DNA from: Phoronis australis
Taxonomy: Eukaryota; Animalia; Phoronida
Reading direction: 5' to 3'
Assembly (NCBI GenBank): GCA_002633005.1
Contig: NMRA01000228.1
Location: 496,242 to 560,241, forward strand
Length of the DNA: 64,000 nucleotides
Shown: one piece after another, positions 13,530 through 28,500 of the stretch
How positions within the stretch are numbered: position 1 is the first letter of the stretch
How the letters are laid out: the number at the start of each line of letters is the position of its first letter
The notes under the pieces: model-generated
What the model was told of the DNA's origin: nothing
Seen by the model: the letters and a program-made list of their open reading frames with translations, nothing else
The model's database searches: none
Translations under genes and position numbers: made by a program

Positions 13530-16500
13530 CTGAAACATGCATAGAAAGCTTTCAGATAAACTGATTAGCTTAAAAAAAAGAATTACGGTAAGCAAATGGA
13601 AAACATAATGGTCAATTTATAACATCATTGTTTCTTCATGGATAAAAAAATCTGATTTGAAAAAATATACATTATAGCTCACTAAATAAAAAATAATTGC
13701 AGGTGGTCTGGTACACGTTGTTAACACTGTGCTGGTGTTGGGGATGGTAGATTATGAACTACTAGCTGCTACCAGTAGTTCAGGTCGTTGGAAAATCGTC
13801 AGCTCTCCTATTCACATTAGGGACATACATGCCAATTTTCACAATTATCCGTAGAGTGGTTTGGTTGACAGAGAGGCAGAGGCCAAAAAAAACCTCAAAA
13901 ACAGTAAAAACAGCAACGTGGAGCTTTGAAATGTGCCTGCGAATGCATCGCAAATGGTGTGCTTTTAGGGTTGTTTATTTGTATCATCAAAATGGCCACT
14001 AGATGGCGCAAAATACATCAAATCCATCTGAAAACGAAAGGACAGCGTCACCTCATTAATAGATGCATACTGTATTCGCCATAATAACCGCCCAAGGTGC
14101 TTAGAAAAGTTCATTTCAGGGGGGCGCTTATTATAACCCAAGGCCGTTGAAACCCGGTGAAACCGGGTGAAATCGGAAGCTAAGATTCATCATATTTACG
14201 CTCTGTGACGTATCTGTAATCTATGAAAAACTTTCTACAAAACCGTGGTGCATTGCTATCAAACTTTGCTGCTAAATTACGACCATTTTACAGAAAATTG
14301 TGCTGAAATCACAGGGTGAAAAGTCGCCGACTGCCTGCCTCGCAATCGTCGATATAAAGACTTGAATGCTTGAATAAAAATACAGTTTCGACTCAAGCAA
14401 ATTACCTGAAATCCACCTTAAGTTTCCAAGTAGCGTCCCTAAGATTTTTAAGTACCCATGGAGTCGGGATCACGGCAGGTTTAAGTACAAATGTGTGCTA
14501 CATCGTGCCATCTACATGTATGATCGGCAACANNNNNNNNNNNNNNNNNNNNNNNNNNNNNNNNNNNNNNNNNNNNNNNNNNNNNNNNNNNNNNNNNNNN
14601 NNNNNNNNNNNNNNNNNNNNNNNNNNNNNNNNNNNNNNNNNNNNNNNNNNNNNNNNNNNNNNNNNNNNNNNNNNNNNNNNNNNNNNNNNNNNNNNNNNNN
14701 NNNNNNNNNNNNNNNNNNNNNNNNNNNNNNNNNNNNNNNNNNNNNNNNNNNNNNNNNNNNNNNNNNNNNNNNNNNNNNNNNNNNNNNNNNNNNNNNNNNN
14801 NNNNNNNNNNNNNNNNNNNNNNNNNNNNNNNNNNNNNNNNNNNNNNNNNNNNNNNNNNNNNNNNNNNNNNNNNNNNNNNNNNNNNNNNNNNNNNNNNNNN
14901 NNNNNNNNNNNNNNNNNNNNNNNNNNNNNNNNNNNNNNNNNNNNNNNNNNNNNNNNNNNNNNNNNNNNNNNNNNNNNNNNNNNNNNNNNNNNNNNNNNNN
15001 NNNNNNNNNNNNNNNNNNNNNNNNNNNNNNNNNNNNNNNNNNNNNNNNNNNNNNNNNNNNNNNNNNNNNNNNNNNNNNNNNNNNNNNNNNNNNNNNNNNN
15101 NNNNNNNNNNNNNNNNNNNNNNNNNNNNNNNNNNNNNNNNNNNNNNNNNNNNNNNNNNNNNNNNNNNNNNNNNNNNNNNNNNNNNNNNNNNNNNNNNNNN
15201 NNNNNNNNNNNNNNNNNNNNNNNNNNNNNNNNNNNNNNNNNNNNNNNNNNNNNNNNNNNNNNNNNNNNNNTTTTATTTCTGCTGCCGTCCCCCCCCTCCC
15301 ACACGGATTTTACTGGAACAGCCCTTAATCAAACAATTCATCTTAAAAATAACGCAAACATTTTTTATAGTATTAGAAACTGTCAGAAATTAGTGCCAAT
15401 ATTCATTTCTTGCCGATGCTATGCTACCTGTTTCATGAATGGATAGTTCCCGACATGTCTTTGATGACAGGTTCCTGTATGTAGCCCGTGCTTCCTGGCC
15501 ACGTGCTTTTAACACTGGCCAAGCTTTTTATTAGTCTTCGATTTGCGGTTTTCACGAGTAGGCCTACCAAGAAATTTTGGATTCCTGTTGAAAGCGGGAA
15601 ATATCTACAAAACAATCCCGTAGACAAGTACACTACTTCTGTTCTGAAAGGCCAGACCATAGGTCCTCGCAATATCAGCAGAACTTTTGTGTTCGTTTTG
15701 AGGCATGGCGGAACTTTGAAGTGTATAGTCACGGCTAAATACCGACATAGTGGCGAGGCTCGTGGTCTACAAATTGTGCGCACAATGTTTTTTTTCAGGA
15801 CTGTAAGATATTATTGATAAATTGAAGACGTTACTGTAGAATTTTAGGACTGTAGGTATGGCATTTTTTCCGCGTACACGTTCATGGACTGGGCGCTTAT
15901 TTTAGCAAAGTCTGAAAATGCGTGGGGGGCGCTTATAGGGGCATGGGCGGTTGTTACAGCGAATACGGTATGTGCCATAAAAATTAACTTTAGGCAGTGA
16001 TTTTGGTTCAAAATAAGAGAAGAATTACCAAATGACTCAACAACTGGCAAAACACTACAGAGTGCAATTTTTGGCTAACTAATAAGCTAGGACACAAAAC
16101 GATGTGAAAGAATTTTGATGAACTACAGAACAAATTTCAAATTCAACTTGATCTGAATAAAGCATATTTTTCATACAAAATACAGAGCTTTCCATACTTC
16201 TGTACTTTCAATGGAAATCTGTAAAAGATATGGACAATCCATACTAGCAGACATCTCTGTTTTCAATGAATTAAGCAATAAGTATATACTTACACTTAGG
16301 TTGTCCCGAAGAAGTTGCATTATCAAGGTGCTATCTTTAAACGACACGTCTTCCATATCTCCAACGTTATTCAGAGCTTGTAGGGCATCATCAAACGCCT
16401 AAGGATATTAAAACAAAGGGAAATTAACAATCTGTAGATAGTTTGGATGAGCATTAAAGTTAACAAAGATGGTGCAATCTCCACTGCCCCAATGATTTCT

Positions 16501-19500
16501 GGAGTGTCAAAGTCAGAGAATGGAATAATTCGACAAAAGGCTTGGAGCGAAGGTTTTTCACTTAGTCATAAGCTGAGTTAACAGGAAATCTTCCGTGCAG
16601 AATATTTGCTAGACATTGTTAGAGCATTACCAGATCATTTGGGAAAGTGTAAAACAAAGTCCCATAGTGAAAGAATATACAACCAGGAACGAAAAGGAAA
16701 CCACGCTGATTGCAACACAAGGTTTTACTGGTTGGGGCATATGGTGCATATGTTTGCTTAGTATGGAAGTCACATTTAAACCAGTAATAGAAACTGTGGA
16801 CTTCCGAAGTAATGTTCTGCCTCTTAAAGAGATCCAATTATAAACTTAAATCCTTCATAATTAAAAACTTTAAAAAATTGCCACAAGAGGCAGTTGATTT
16901 GTGGTGTTCTGAGAGTCGTCCACATTGACAGCTAAGATTTTATTACAGAGTAATAACATTGTCGAAGTCCCAAATTTTCCCCAATATCATGGATGTGCTG
17001 GTGTGTCTCTAGAATATACTATAATGATATTGAGTAATATCGAAACGTCGATATGAAACACAGCATCTTGTTTTTATTATTTAATGTTGTACTCGCCATC
17101 TGACCAAGAACTGATATATATTATCTACATTCTCAATTGTAGTACATAACAAAAGCAATCGGACAGAATAGTATTTCCTCTTCAGTAGCCAAAATGACTG
17201 ACAATAAGAACTGATGTGGCATAATTCTAAATCCAGAATGATTTAGTCACAGTACTATCTTGTGGATTCCCCTTCATTCTTGGTCATGAGGGAAAACTAT
17301 TCTGATGACAAATCAAGGGCATTTTGTTTCAATACGTGTATTGAATGTTTGGGTTGTATGTCAGCTCTCAATTCATCATGTATAAGATATCCAAATAAAA
17401 CATGCCTTCAACCTTAAATGTATTTAAATAAGAAAAGACAACTAGCTGGAGCAGCTTACGCCTGTGATACCAGTTACTTATTTTGAAGGTTTTATCCACA
17501 AGGCTACGACAACCATTTGATATGCTGCGACTACTGTGTTGTTTCGCTATCACCAACCCAGTTAAAATGATAGTAAAAAAGCTAAACAGAAATGCTTACC
17601 TTCTTTGCAAAGTCACAAGCCTCCTTGGTTTGGTCCATTATTTCGAACAAGAACACAGAATAATTGAGTGCGAGTCCAAGGCGAATTGGGTGACAAGCTA
17701 CCAGTTTTTCCTCTGCTATTCCTTGCGATTCCTTGTACACCTCACTGGCCTTCTCTTGTATGCCTAAAAAGTAGGAAATGATGTGCAGGGTATACGACCA
17801 ACAATTTGAAGGCTATGAGCTGACAGCACAGTACCAGTATCAAGTGAAGACAACGATAAATGACTGAAAACACCTTAGGGTCATGTAGAAACTCATCAAA
17901 AAATCTATGTATTTTAAGAAAATATCAACAAAACTATAGATTTAAACTCAGTAAAATTACATATTTTTTGAAAGCAGCAAGCCTTCTGAGGAATTTTGAT
18001 TCATTCTAACTTTTCACCAATCTGGCGGGAAAGCATGGTACATTGATAGTAACACAATGATACCAATAAAATGTAAATTTCATTCAAAATAAATGTTCAC
18101 GATGAAATCTCAAACACGCTGTTACAGTATTCTAAATTCTTATTTATGGAACTATTTAGAGTTGTTTCAGGAACATTGTGAGTCCTATTTTTGACGGCCT
18201 CTCATGCAAAAGTGGGAAATATTAAAAACAATTTGGAAAACAATGCAAGAAGCTTATCATCTGAAAGTTTCATATGAATCCAAACAGCCATTTCTGAGAT
18301 ATCATGTTCTGCACTGAGCCAAATTTGGACATTTTCTAGGATCCTACATAACCTTAAATTGAGTTGTACTGCATACAGATAGGTTATTGATGGATTAGTA
18401 AGACAAAGAACTATGGTGAATACAATAACAGCACATAAAAGTGTTTTAGCATTAGGCAAGGACAACAAATGTTAAAATGTAGTTTGCTTGAAAGGAAAAA
18501 AATTAGCAAAACATGGACACACTATTACATTGCCACTTTAGCAGTTCTAAAAGTGAAACAGTCATTTGGTGGTTAACTGCTACCAAAATTTCAGCACAAG
18601 AGTCAATATCACATGCTCCCCAGGTCCAGGATTAGTGACACAGAGAAAAGGAAAGCATTACTCAATAAGCATAACACTGCAGGTTATGATAAACATCAAA
18701 TGTCCTAAGTGACTGAACAGAAAATTGTAGAGGTAATATTGTTATCATTCACCGAGTTCAGGAAAACAAATCGTTCAAGGATCTTGAGCATTTCTGATGT
18801 TTTTTTTAAGCACTCAAACTCAGATCAAGTTTTTTGAATAGTTCTTTATGAAACATCAGACAGAAGCCCTATTGAGAAATGCGCCAGCATCTGACAAGAG
18901 CAATACAGGGGGAATTGATATCGGCCTACCATGTGCATCACAGAACGAAAATACACCGGAGGCTCATTGTTTCAAACATTTCCACACACAAGGGTAACAC
19001 TACTGAACTTAAAATTGATTCTAAGGGTTGCAATGCATCATCCTAAAACTGGCAAATGCAAACCTGATAGATATTGAGATTGCCCCCAATTACTAAAATT
19101 ACCGATAGAGGGAACTGCAGCGGTTGCATCCATCCATTGGTCAACGCCACTTATGCTCACCCTATTCATACGTGCACCCAGAGGGACTCGGGGGGGGGCT
19201 AAAATGAGCCCCCCATTTGGCGAAGTGCGCAAAAAGGTCCGCCCCTGAGAAACAAAATGTCCGAAAAACTAAAAAACAGACAAAAGTCTGCTAAAAAGGC
19301 AGGAACTACCAAAATTTGGCAAAAATTAATCTCATTCTGGTTTCCATCATGACAAATATAAGAAAAAAATCTAACGATTTACTTAACAGGAACAGTACAA
19401 CAGCCAAATTCCAAGACGACCATCTAAAAGAACTTGATCGAAAGTGAGGCAGGCACAAAAAACTGCCATTAGGAGGGATAGCAGCAGTCAAATTCATCTG

Positions 19501-22500
19501 AAAATCACCCAGTCACTAGAAAATGTGTCAAATTTCATGATTATCCTTCACCGTCAAATTTGGTAGAAAATGAAGCAGATGTGAAACACTAAAATAGCAA
19601 CTAGGGGGCATAGCGGTATTGGGATGTATCCAAACATCGAAGTCAGTCAAATTCTTGTCAATTAAATCTCAAAATATCTGGGAGGCAGTTGTATGCCATA
19701 AATGCTACAATTGCCATATGGGGGCAGAGCTGTAGTCGACACAGCTAATATCGAAAAACCTCAACTTGCCTTATACACATAAATGAAAACGTGCATAGTG
19801 ACTAGATTTCCAAGCAGGGTTGTCCCTGAGCAAAAATTGACGTTTTCTTGTGTTTTAAACCAATATTGTGCCCCGTTAAGCTGGCTCTAAAACAAAAAGC
19901 CAATTAGACCTTTTACTATCCTCAAATTGATCTCATAACATTCCTTAATGCAATAGGATTTTCTTTATATGAGGGTAAAATCTCACTAATTTAGAACAGG
20001 ATACAGTCAACAAATAGATATATGTACCGTAAACGTTCGGGTTAACGCTCTGGGCGGTTAAATTGGCAAANNNNNNNNNNNNNNNNNNNNNNNNNNNNNN
20101 TAAACAGACATGGGCATGGGCACTTAAACGTGAATTTTCAAGAAATCGCGGGTGGGCCGTTAACCGAACATGGGCACTTATTACGACAGACAACCGTAGT
20201 TGGAACGCGTGGCACATTTCAGAGCTTTATCGCCTCGTCGCCAAATGACGGTAAAAATGTCACAACAGCGGATGATCCCAACAAAGGTTCTGTTAATCAT
20301 TTCAGTTAAATTTACAAAATTACTGAGTAATAGCTCATGTCGTCCTGCGGACTTGTTAGACCTGTACCTGTAGAGCGCAGACGTCCAGTGACTATGCAGT
20401 GCTGCATAGGTCACAGCAGAGTAATGTGGGAGCTGTCATATTCTGAGTTAGAGAGCAGTTCTAAGTTATATGTAATTAAAGTTTGAAAAACTAATTCAGG
20501 TGTTTGGGATGCTTATGTTCGAGACTCCGTGATTCAATGACATTTTCAACGTAAGGTTCTGCCGCTATTTCTTGTTAAAATGATGTTTTTACTTAAAACC
20601 AAATAAAAATTGAAACAAAATAGAACTAAAATGAATCTGTAAAATAATTTTTATCTTAAGCAACTACTCTAGCTTACTACACATCTTATCATGCTAAGCT
20701 TCCACAGTGAAAATATCGTCTGCTAAAGTAGGTTACCATTGGTTACTGAGTTTAATGTCCAAGTCAAAGCATCCCGACCACATGTTACTCGCATTCAAAC
20801 TGGAGATTGATGATTTACAAGTGAGAGAAAATGATTAATTTTACTGGATTAAAGATGTCATTTTTACTGAAATTGTGCGCCTTATTTTTCATAACGTATA
20901 ATTGTTGGTACAATGCCGTTTGTTGAACACGCGATTGTTGCGCGTGTTCATTTAAGTATTCTATGTTCATGCTTGATGACATTAGCCGCTGAGACGTGCA
21001 GTGGTAAAGTCAGCCCGAATTTCTTGCGGACTGGGTTCATAACTGGCCTGGGTTTCCCGCCAAAATGTTATTTAACCCCGTTAGAAAACTAAATGGGTTA
21101 TTTAACGGTTGTATTGACCATTCGAGGCTGATATTGTGGTATGATAAATAATAATGGAGTATACCATAGCTAGCATCAAAAGCGAATCTGTGGGGAGATC
21201 ATAGCATGGATAGCATATGAAAACTGAAAAAAGTCAATTTTGAGAATTATTTTTGAACAAAATTGGTGAGATTTCACTGTACCAACTCAAGCCACAAGCA
21301 ATACACTTTTGAATTTACAATTTTAGAGGTGGCCTACACCAATTAACTCTGAAGTGTTTTCCCCAGTCACCGATAGTTATGATGTTGTGGCCTGTCACTT
21401 GCCTATTCAGTTCCCAGAGCATTAAGTTGGTAACAGAAATAGTATCCTGTCACAGTTAAGCAATGTTATGAGATGCAATTCATGAGAGTAACAGCTAAAC
21501 AGAGCAAAATGCAGCTTCAATTCACAAGAACACCAATGCACATTAAATCATTTTTAATGCAAAAAAATAGAAGTGAGTACCCCTATGCAGTCCTATTTTT
21601 GTTAATCAGAAAAAACAGGAGTTTCAAGCATGACTCAAGACTGTGGTGCAAAACAGTTCAAATATGGTGCGGCACAATTCGCATACTTTGTTCAGATGAG
21701 TATTTTCAATTCTTGGTTTACAGGTCAGACAAAGGCAAAGGTGGACAGGGAAGGTAAACATTGTAAACAAGTAATAAATCAAGAATGGGGAAAAGTTTGA
21801 CAAGGCATTCACTGGCCAACAGTTGTTCTGAATCTTTGAGTTGCACTTGAGTTGCTGTAAACCTCCACAAGAACCTGGATAAATTTCCAGTTGCGGAGCC
21901 CATGTTTCACTCACCAAACAAAATTTTACAGAAAATCACACATTGGTTAATACTATTTCCACTAATGTTCTATTGTACTAACTGAGCCAGACGCTAAGCA
22001 AACAAATTTTTGTCAATTGCTTGGTTATTGCATGAAATCAGTAAAGTAAAATATGGATTTTCGGTAATTTCCTTGGTATTATTAATTAAAGTGTCAATAA
22101 ACCCAACCTATATCATAAAAACTTTTGATTAAGACCACAAACTGCAATGAATTCAAAGTGATTACAAGGGATTCAAAAGAACAAATACTTCATAAATGGT
22201 TGAGATCAGGCTTGTCACATCGTGTCATTTTGTGCTCTGAGCGAGGTCTCAAAGAAAAAGTAACAGTCAGTTCTTTGCAAACCCCAAAAATTACTCCTCA
22301 TCTGAGTGTCAAACCAGTCGAGACCAATTCAGATTTCGACACTATGCACTGAAACGTCAACTCACAAATGACAGTTACCTACATTCAAAACTTAAAAAAT
22401 GAGACATCTAAATTGAAAAAGCGGGCCCAATAACAAGGCGCAAGGGAGAAATATCCCTTGCGACACTCGAAAATGCCCTGGCAGCATTTTTCATCAAGTT

Positions 22501-25500
22501 GAACGGACAATTAGCAATAAATCGCACGCACAATAACTGCCGACTTGTCGATAAGTTCTTACCGGCAGAGGAAGCAGATGACAGAGCACATTGTTTATGC
22601 ATAGGTCTTGGACTGGCCCTTCACTTTTTGCCAACAACTCCAGACTCATTATTTACGGTAAAAATTCTCCAATTTAGAACAGTTCATAGAATTTGGGACA
22701 CAGAAACTCCTCCAAAAAATAGATTTTTTTTCATTCTTTAATTTGGGACAAAGGCAATTATGGCATAGACCATATTTCTCAAATTTCAGACACTGTGCTT
22801 TCAATATACAGAGTAGGTAATTTTGTCATCCTTCTGGTGGTTCTTTAATTAGGGAAGACCCATATTGCCTTTTTCTAGAATTTGGGACAAGCACCGATCT
22901 TGAGCAAACTAATGAATTTTTTACTGTCCCACATTGGAGAACTTTTACTGAACTTAATCTTCTAAGGATGACAGAACAGATTCGAATATATAGAACTCGC
23001 TGTTACCCATGCTTTTGCACAGGTTGCAGCTAGTGCCAAATGCAGAGGGAAATAGATAATTAGACTAAGAGTGAACATTAGTGTTCATCGCAAGGGACAG
23101 GAATACTTCTTGAAAAGGCCGTGTTCAAAGCTTCAAGAGGAATTTCAGTCACTGTCAGATTTTAGTAGGCAACGTGTGTGTTCCCCAGACATTCTTTAAA
23201 GTGAAAACTAAGAATGCATTTAAAATACTGTGTAGTACACAAAGTATATAGATGTATTTACAAAAGTTGCATCAAAAATGTACATACTGAGGTAGAAAGC
23301 CAGCTAGCTGTATGAAGACTATCGTCAACATACAGCTAGGTAGAGCTCCGTTAGAGACCGAAATTTCACCGAACTCCGGTGCTCAGCTTGTCACCTCGTC
23401 GTGAAACTTAGAGTTAACAATCTACTGGGGTGCATGCAGAATCTGGGAATGAACCGACATTCACCTTGCCCGTTACAGCCATTTACAGAAGTAATGAACG
23501 TTATTTTTCGTAATTCTCCGCCCTTTGTAACAAAGGAAATCTGTCAGTGTGGTCGTTTTGAAAACAGTGCATACTTGTGGCACCCACACGTATGCGCCAT
23601 TTCCGAAAATTTTGCGATATCTCTCAAGTTTTTTCTGAAATTGGGTTTTCTGATCATAAAATAGTAAAACCTTGTAAAGAAATGAAACCACTTGCAATTG
23701 TTATGACATGTACGCAACCTGACATTTGATTGAATAACATGGAAATTGGCCAACAGGTGACGCAATGACGCCCAAAGAGCGCATCGCAATTTTAGCAGCA
23801 GAATAACTGAAGAACGCCAATTTTCCAACACCAGGGTAAATAATTTAGTTTACCCAAGAAAGAGTAAGGATTTTTTAATGAGGCAGGCCCGGTGAGTTAT
23901 ATACGCGACAGAAGCCGGAGGGAGTAAAATTAAGCCGACGTGACGTCACCCAGACCATTGAGCCGACGAACTGACGTCACCAAGACCAGTACGAAACTGG
24001 CCATCCTCCCTTCGCGTCTTCGAAAAAACGGCCCGCAAGAAAAAAATAGAACACCTCGAATCCAAATAGGGGGCCGGTGCAATACCTGGGACCAAGGGGG
24101 TGCCTAAACGGGCACAACGAAGGTCTGTAGTGGAGCGGGGGAGACGGAGTTTGATTATGGACCAAAGGCATTGTATTGGAGAAAAATACTTAGATGTCAT
24201 CACCAATTTCAAAGTGAATTACAGGTGAATTCTTATTCAATTGTGTGCCATTTCTTTTGACTAGATTGCTACTTGCGGAATGTCTGCGACTTTTTTACAA
24301 AGTTGTCATAATGTTACAAAAAATCTGAGGTTGCAAGTTGCAGGTAACCAAATTCAGCCCTGAATCTTATAGCAGTGTATGGTCTTAATCAAGTTTGCTT
24401 CTTATATGACGGAACGTGGATTTATAGCTAATTGAATAACTTCATGAGAAAAAATTGAAGAGGACATTTCATTTTAATGAGGCATTTTGGGAATTTTTTG
24501 GTACCTCCATAGTCAGGGTCAGGGGGTCTGTAAACCAAGAAGTAAAAAATACAAACCTTATTTGTTACTTCATTTTACAAGAAAAAATATTTCATGCAAG
24601 AAAATCATAACCTAAGCCACTAAGATAGGTTGCAAAACAAACAGTAACACAACATATAAAGAATGAAAATTTACCTGATCAGCAACAGAAACATCCACCA
24701 ATTCCAACCACCATAAAGAGAGATTGCGCAAAGAGACGACACAGTGCATAACAACTTTGAGAAACGAAATGACTGCAGTTGTTAAGTGATAGGCTTCCAC
24801 TAGTTGTACTGAGCTGAAATTCTCACCACGGGTTTTTGAGACTAGCAGCTCACCCCACCCTTCCTGAATCATTCACAAAACTTTTAGAGTGCACCAGACA
24901 TTATCACTCACTGACAGGTATAAATAATGACAGGTAGAATAGCAAGAGTAAGGCTGAGCTTTGAAATTTGCCCACAGTTGCATCGCAAAGGGAAGGCTTC
25001 TAGGTCTGCTTATTAGTGTAATAAAAATTGTCATTAGATGGCACAGAATACGTTGAACATTTAAGATTCAGAAGTGAACATAAAACTAAAATTGCCACTA
25101 GGGGGCACAGGGTAGTTCAGAAGTTGTGGGCAGCCATTGACACAATTATAGGGCAACACCTGTAAAATTTCACAAACATTAGCAAAGGATTAAAGGAGAT
25201 AGAGCCATAGACTACAAGAAAACAAAATCACCATAAGGGGGCACCATAGTTCTCAGACTCATCCAAATACCTCTGTCAGCCATGGTCTTCTCGTCAACAA
25301 CTCATTTTCTAAATTCTAAAGATGATCGTTTGATTGGTTAGGCTGATTAAGACTCAAATGACAAAATATGGACTCAAAAAAACAAAATTGGCCACTAGGT
25401 GGTGCAAAACATATCAAATACATGAATGTCCACCGCAACACTGTGAAGATACAGAGGTAAGCATAAATAAATTAAAATTGGCACTAGGAGCCAAGATTAG

Positions 25501-28500
25501 TCTGAAACTTGCCGTCATCTGTGGTCAGCTATATAGGAACACATCCACCAAATTTAACAAACATCCTACAAAGGATATACAGCCGTCAACGCAAAAAAGC
25601 AAAAATCATCACTAGGAAGAATACCAAGTACAAAAACTTCCGAAAATCAATGTTAGTCACAGTTTTCTCGTCAGAAAAACATCTGCCAATTTTCACAATG
25701 ACAATTTTCACAATGATCCTTTGTGCCGTTTGGCGAATAGAGAGACAGATGCAAAAAAAAACGGATTCAGTGTTCTCCACGACCACTTTTAACGTGTCGC
25801 AGTGTCCTGTTTGGCCGAGCGCGCATCTTGTTTAAATGTCCCGCGTCCTGTTTAAAATCCAGCGTCCTGTTTAAAAATCCCGCGACCAGTTTAAAAATAT
25901 AGGGACTACTTTGTAAAAAAGGCGTCATGGTCGTTAATAAGTTCTTCACTGGTTCAAATTATGTTTGACAGCAACTGGCCATAGCCCATTGAAACTGAAC
26001 AAAGGCCAAGCCTAAGGAAGTCGGTGCTCCGTAGTGGACAGCCTAATCACCGGACTCACTCAAGCGGCAGACCGGGCCACAAGTCTATTTATGACGTAAC
26101 GCGGCGTGTAAATAATCTCTCGATTATCTTTTCAATTCATCCCGAACAACTAGTCAATTTAAACAAAGGCCCAGTGCTACCTATACGCCTAATCCACTAC
26201 CTGCTCACTGGAGGTGCAGTCTGGCACGAAAGTCGCTGATCATTGCGTTAGGCCTTTTCACTTTTGTAGTCACCTTTTTGTGCTCGGCGGAGAACTAATC
26301 ATATTACCCATTGAAAATAAAATAATTAAGCCTCGGTGGTTAGTTCTGCAAAGTATATGTTGTCAGCAAAGACACCATTGCACAGCACTTTATGCAACGG
26401 CCGTCTTCTGGGAGGCCAGAATTTTGGTTTTCGTAGCACATTTTTCAATATTCCGTGGGACCCACGACAGACTTTACTGATGCCAGTCTCAAAAACATTT
26501 GCATGAAACTGCCTTTGATGGTTCTCATTGGTTGTTGTTTGTGTATTTCTCACTTAGATGAATATTATTGGTTACTTTTTGTGCCACCGGCCCATCTCGT
26601 TGCCTTTTAAGGAGTTTCGTTTTCAGCATGAACATTATGTTTGTGGCGCATACTCCCTCTAAAAATCTGCTGAGCCGTTCGCAAACTCAACTTCGATAGT
26701 GGCTTTGACGTTTGCGGTTTCGGGGGAGTATTCCGAGAATTGGGACAGCGGGTGACGTCACTGAGTAAAGTTCAAAGTATATGTGTTTCGCGCTGAGAAA
26801 TTGCAGCCAAAATTACGTGCTCTCGTTGAAATCAAGCGGTAATATCTCGCGTAATCTCGCAGAGTTTTGTTTACCCAGCTTGGTCCTTACGTTAGTGAAT
26901 CCTATCCTGACTTCCGTTACCAATTGACATGCGCATTCTACATACTTAGAAATGTCGTCTGCCGCGTGAAAGCGAAGCGCCGCTAAACCTAAGGATTATT
27001 TTAAAAACCGAGAGATGTTTCAGATACTGACGTTGACTCAGATGCAGATACGACAGATAATCCAGGGCTGGATGGTGGTGATATTGCCGGGCTCAGTCAA
27101 CGAATCGAAGATATCCGTGTCACAAACGTTGAACCGAATTTTTGCCGACAACGTCAGACATCGGCAACACAAATGAATACAATTCGCTCTAACATGAGAA
27201 TAGATGGTTTTCATCTGGAAGAATGAGTTTGTGACAATCCAGAAAATTGTGGGAATTCCATAGTTGCAAGCGTTTGATAATTTAGTTGATATCTTTTTGG
27301 AAATATTGGTTGTCATCAACAGGCCTGACACTCCCGTCCAAGTAGGCCTAGATGGAAAACGCAAGTGAATTGTTTTGTTTACCCTACCTAATTTGCATTC
27401 AAGGGTGACTCGCGTATTGTGCACTTTTTACAAGAGTTCTGGTAGTGCAAAAGTGCAAAATGTTGTTCCAGCTTCAGAACATCGAATTCAGACTGTAAGA
27501 ATGTGCAAGATATTACATGTACAGACTGCTATCAAGACATAAAAATGTGACTGACTTAACAAAGACACTTCACTTGGACTGTCTACGTCATAGGAAAGGT
27601 TTACTTCTGTGTTTGTACTTAGTTGACATTGACATCATTATTGAGTAGCCTAAAACATTTCCCCATACTGTATCAAACACTCTGTAGACTTCCATTTCAA
27701 AGTCATTGACTAAACAAATGGGTTATGACATATGTGATATGTTTGTAAATAAGTCCAACTTTTAAAAATAAAAATAAAAAGTTGAATACACACAGTTATT
27801 TGTTTGCACTACTGTGCATTACTATTAAAATGTGTGGGTAAAAATAAGGTGCACAAAAAACTGCACACTACCTTATGGAGAACGTTGACCGCCACGCGGT
27901 TCCGGCACGTTGCAGTTTTTACGCGTGCGACCTGTTTAGATTTTCAGATGTGGAGAACACTGGAATTAAATATTTTAAAAGTGCCCACTAGGGGGCAGAG
28001 AATCAAATATATCCGAAATTCAAAAGGTGTTGTGACCTCCTTAATAGCTACCTATTTGTTAAATTTCATAAAAAAACAATCCAGGAACTCCAAAGATACA
28101 GAAGCAAACTTAAACAAGAGCAACGCAGAGCGTTGAAATGCGCCCATGAATGCATTGCAAATGGTGTGCTTTTAGGGTTATTTATTTATATCATAAAAAT
28201 GGCCACTAGATGGCGCAAAAACGTACAGTCCATCCAAAAACAGGAACATGCCATATTTCATAAAAATCTGTCAAGGAACTTCAGAGAAGCAAAGGAAAAC
28301 AGAATAAAATGAAATTGCCACTAGTGGGCACAGTGTCCGTTGGATCTGCCTGAAAGTTGTCGTCGTCGTCGTCGTCTGTTGTTATCTTCATATAAAAACA
28401 CTTACTAAATTTAATAAAGATCCTGCAGTGGGTTTAGGAGAAACAGCTAAGACTATGGGCGCAAAACAAAACAAAACTACCACTAGGAGGCGCCAGAGTA

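Noticed and set aside
14370-15446. Long ORFs spanning N runs (also 39520-40170, 19945-20248, 43663-44031, 56393-56605)
   Set aside because: Their length comes from untranslatable Ns, and the flanks are transposon sequence.
22499-22741. + strand ORF containing IGLGLALHF, reminiscent of 14-3-3 IRLGLALNF
   Set aside because: Opposite strand to gene A, no similarity in flanking residues and no 164-nt exon boundaries; treated as chance.
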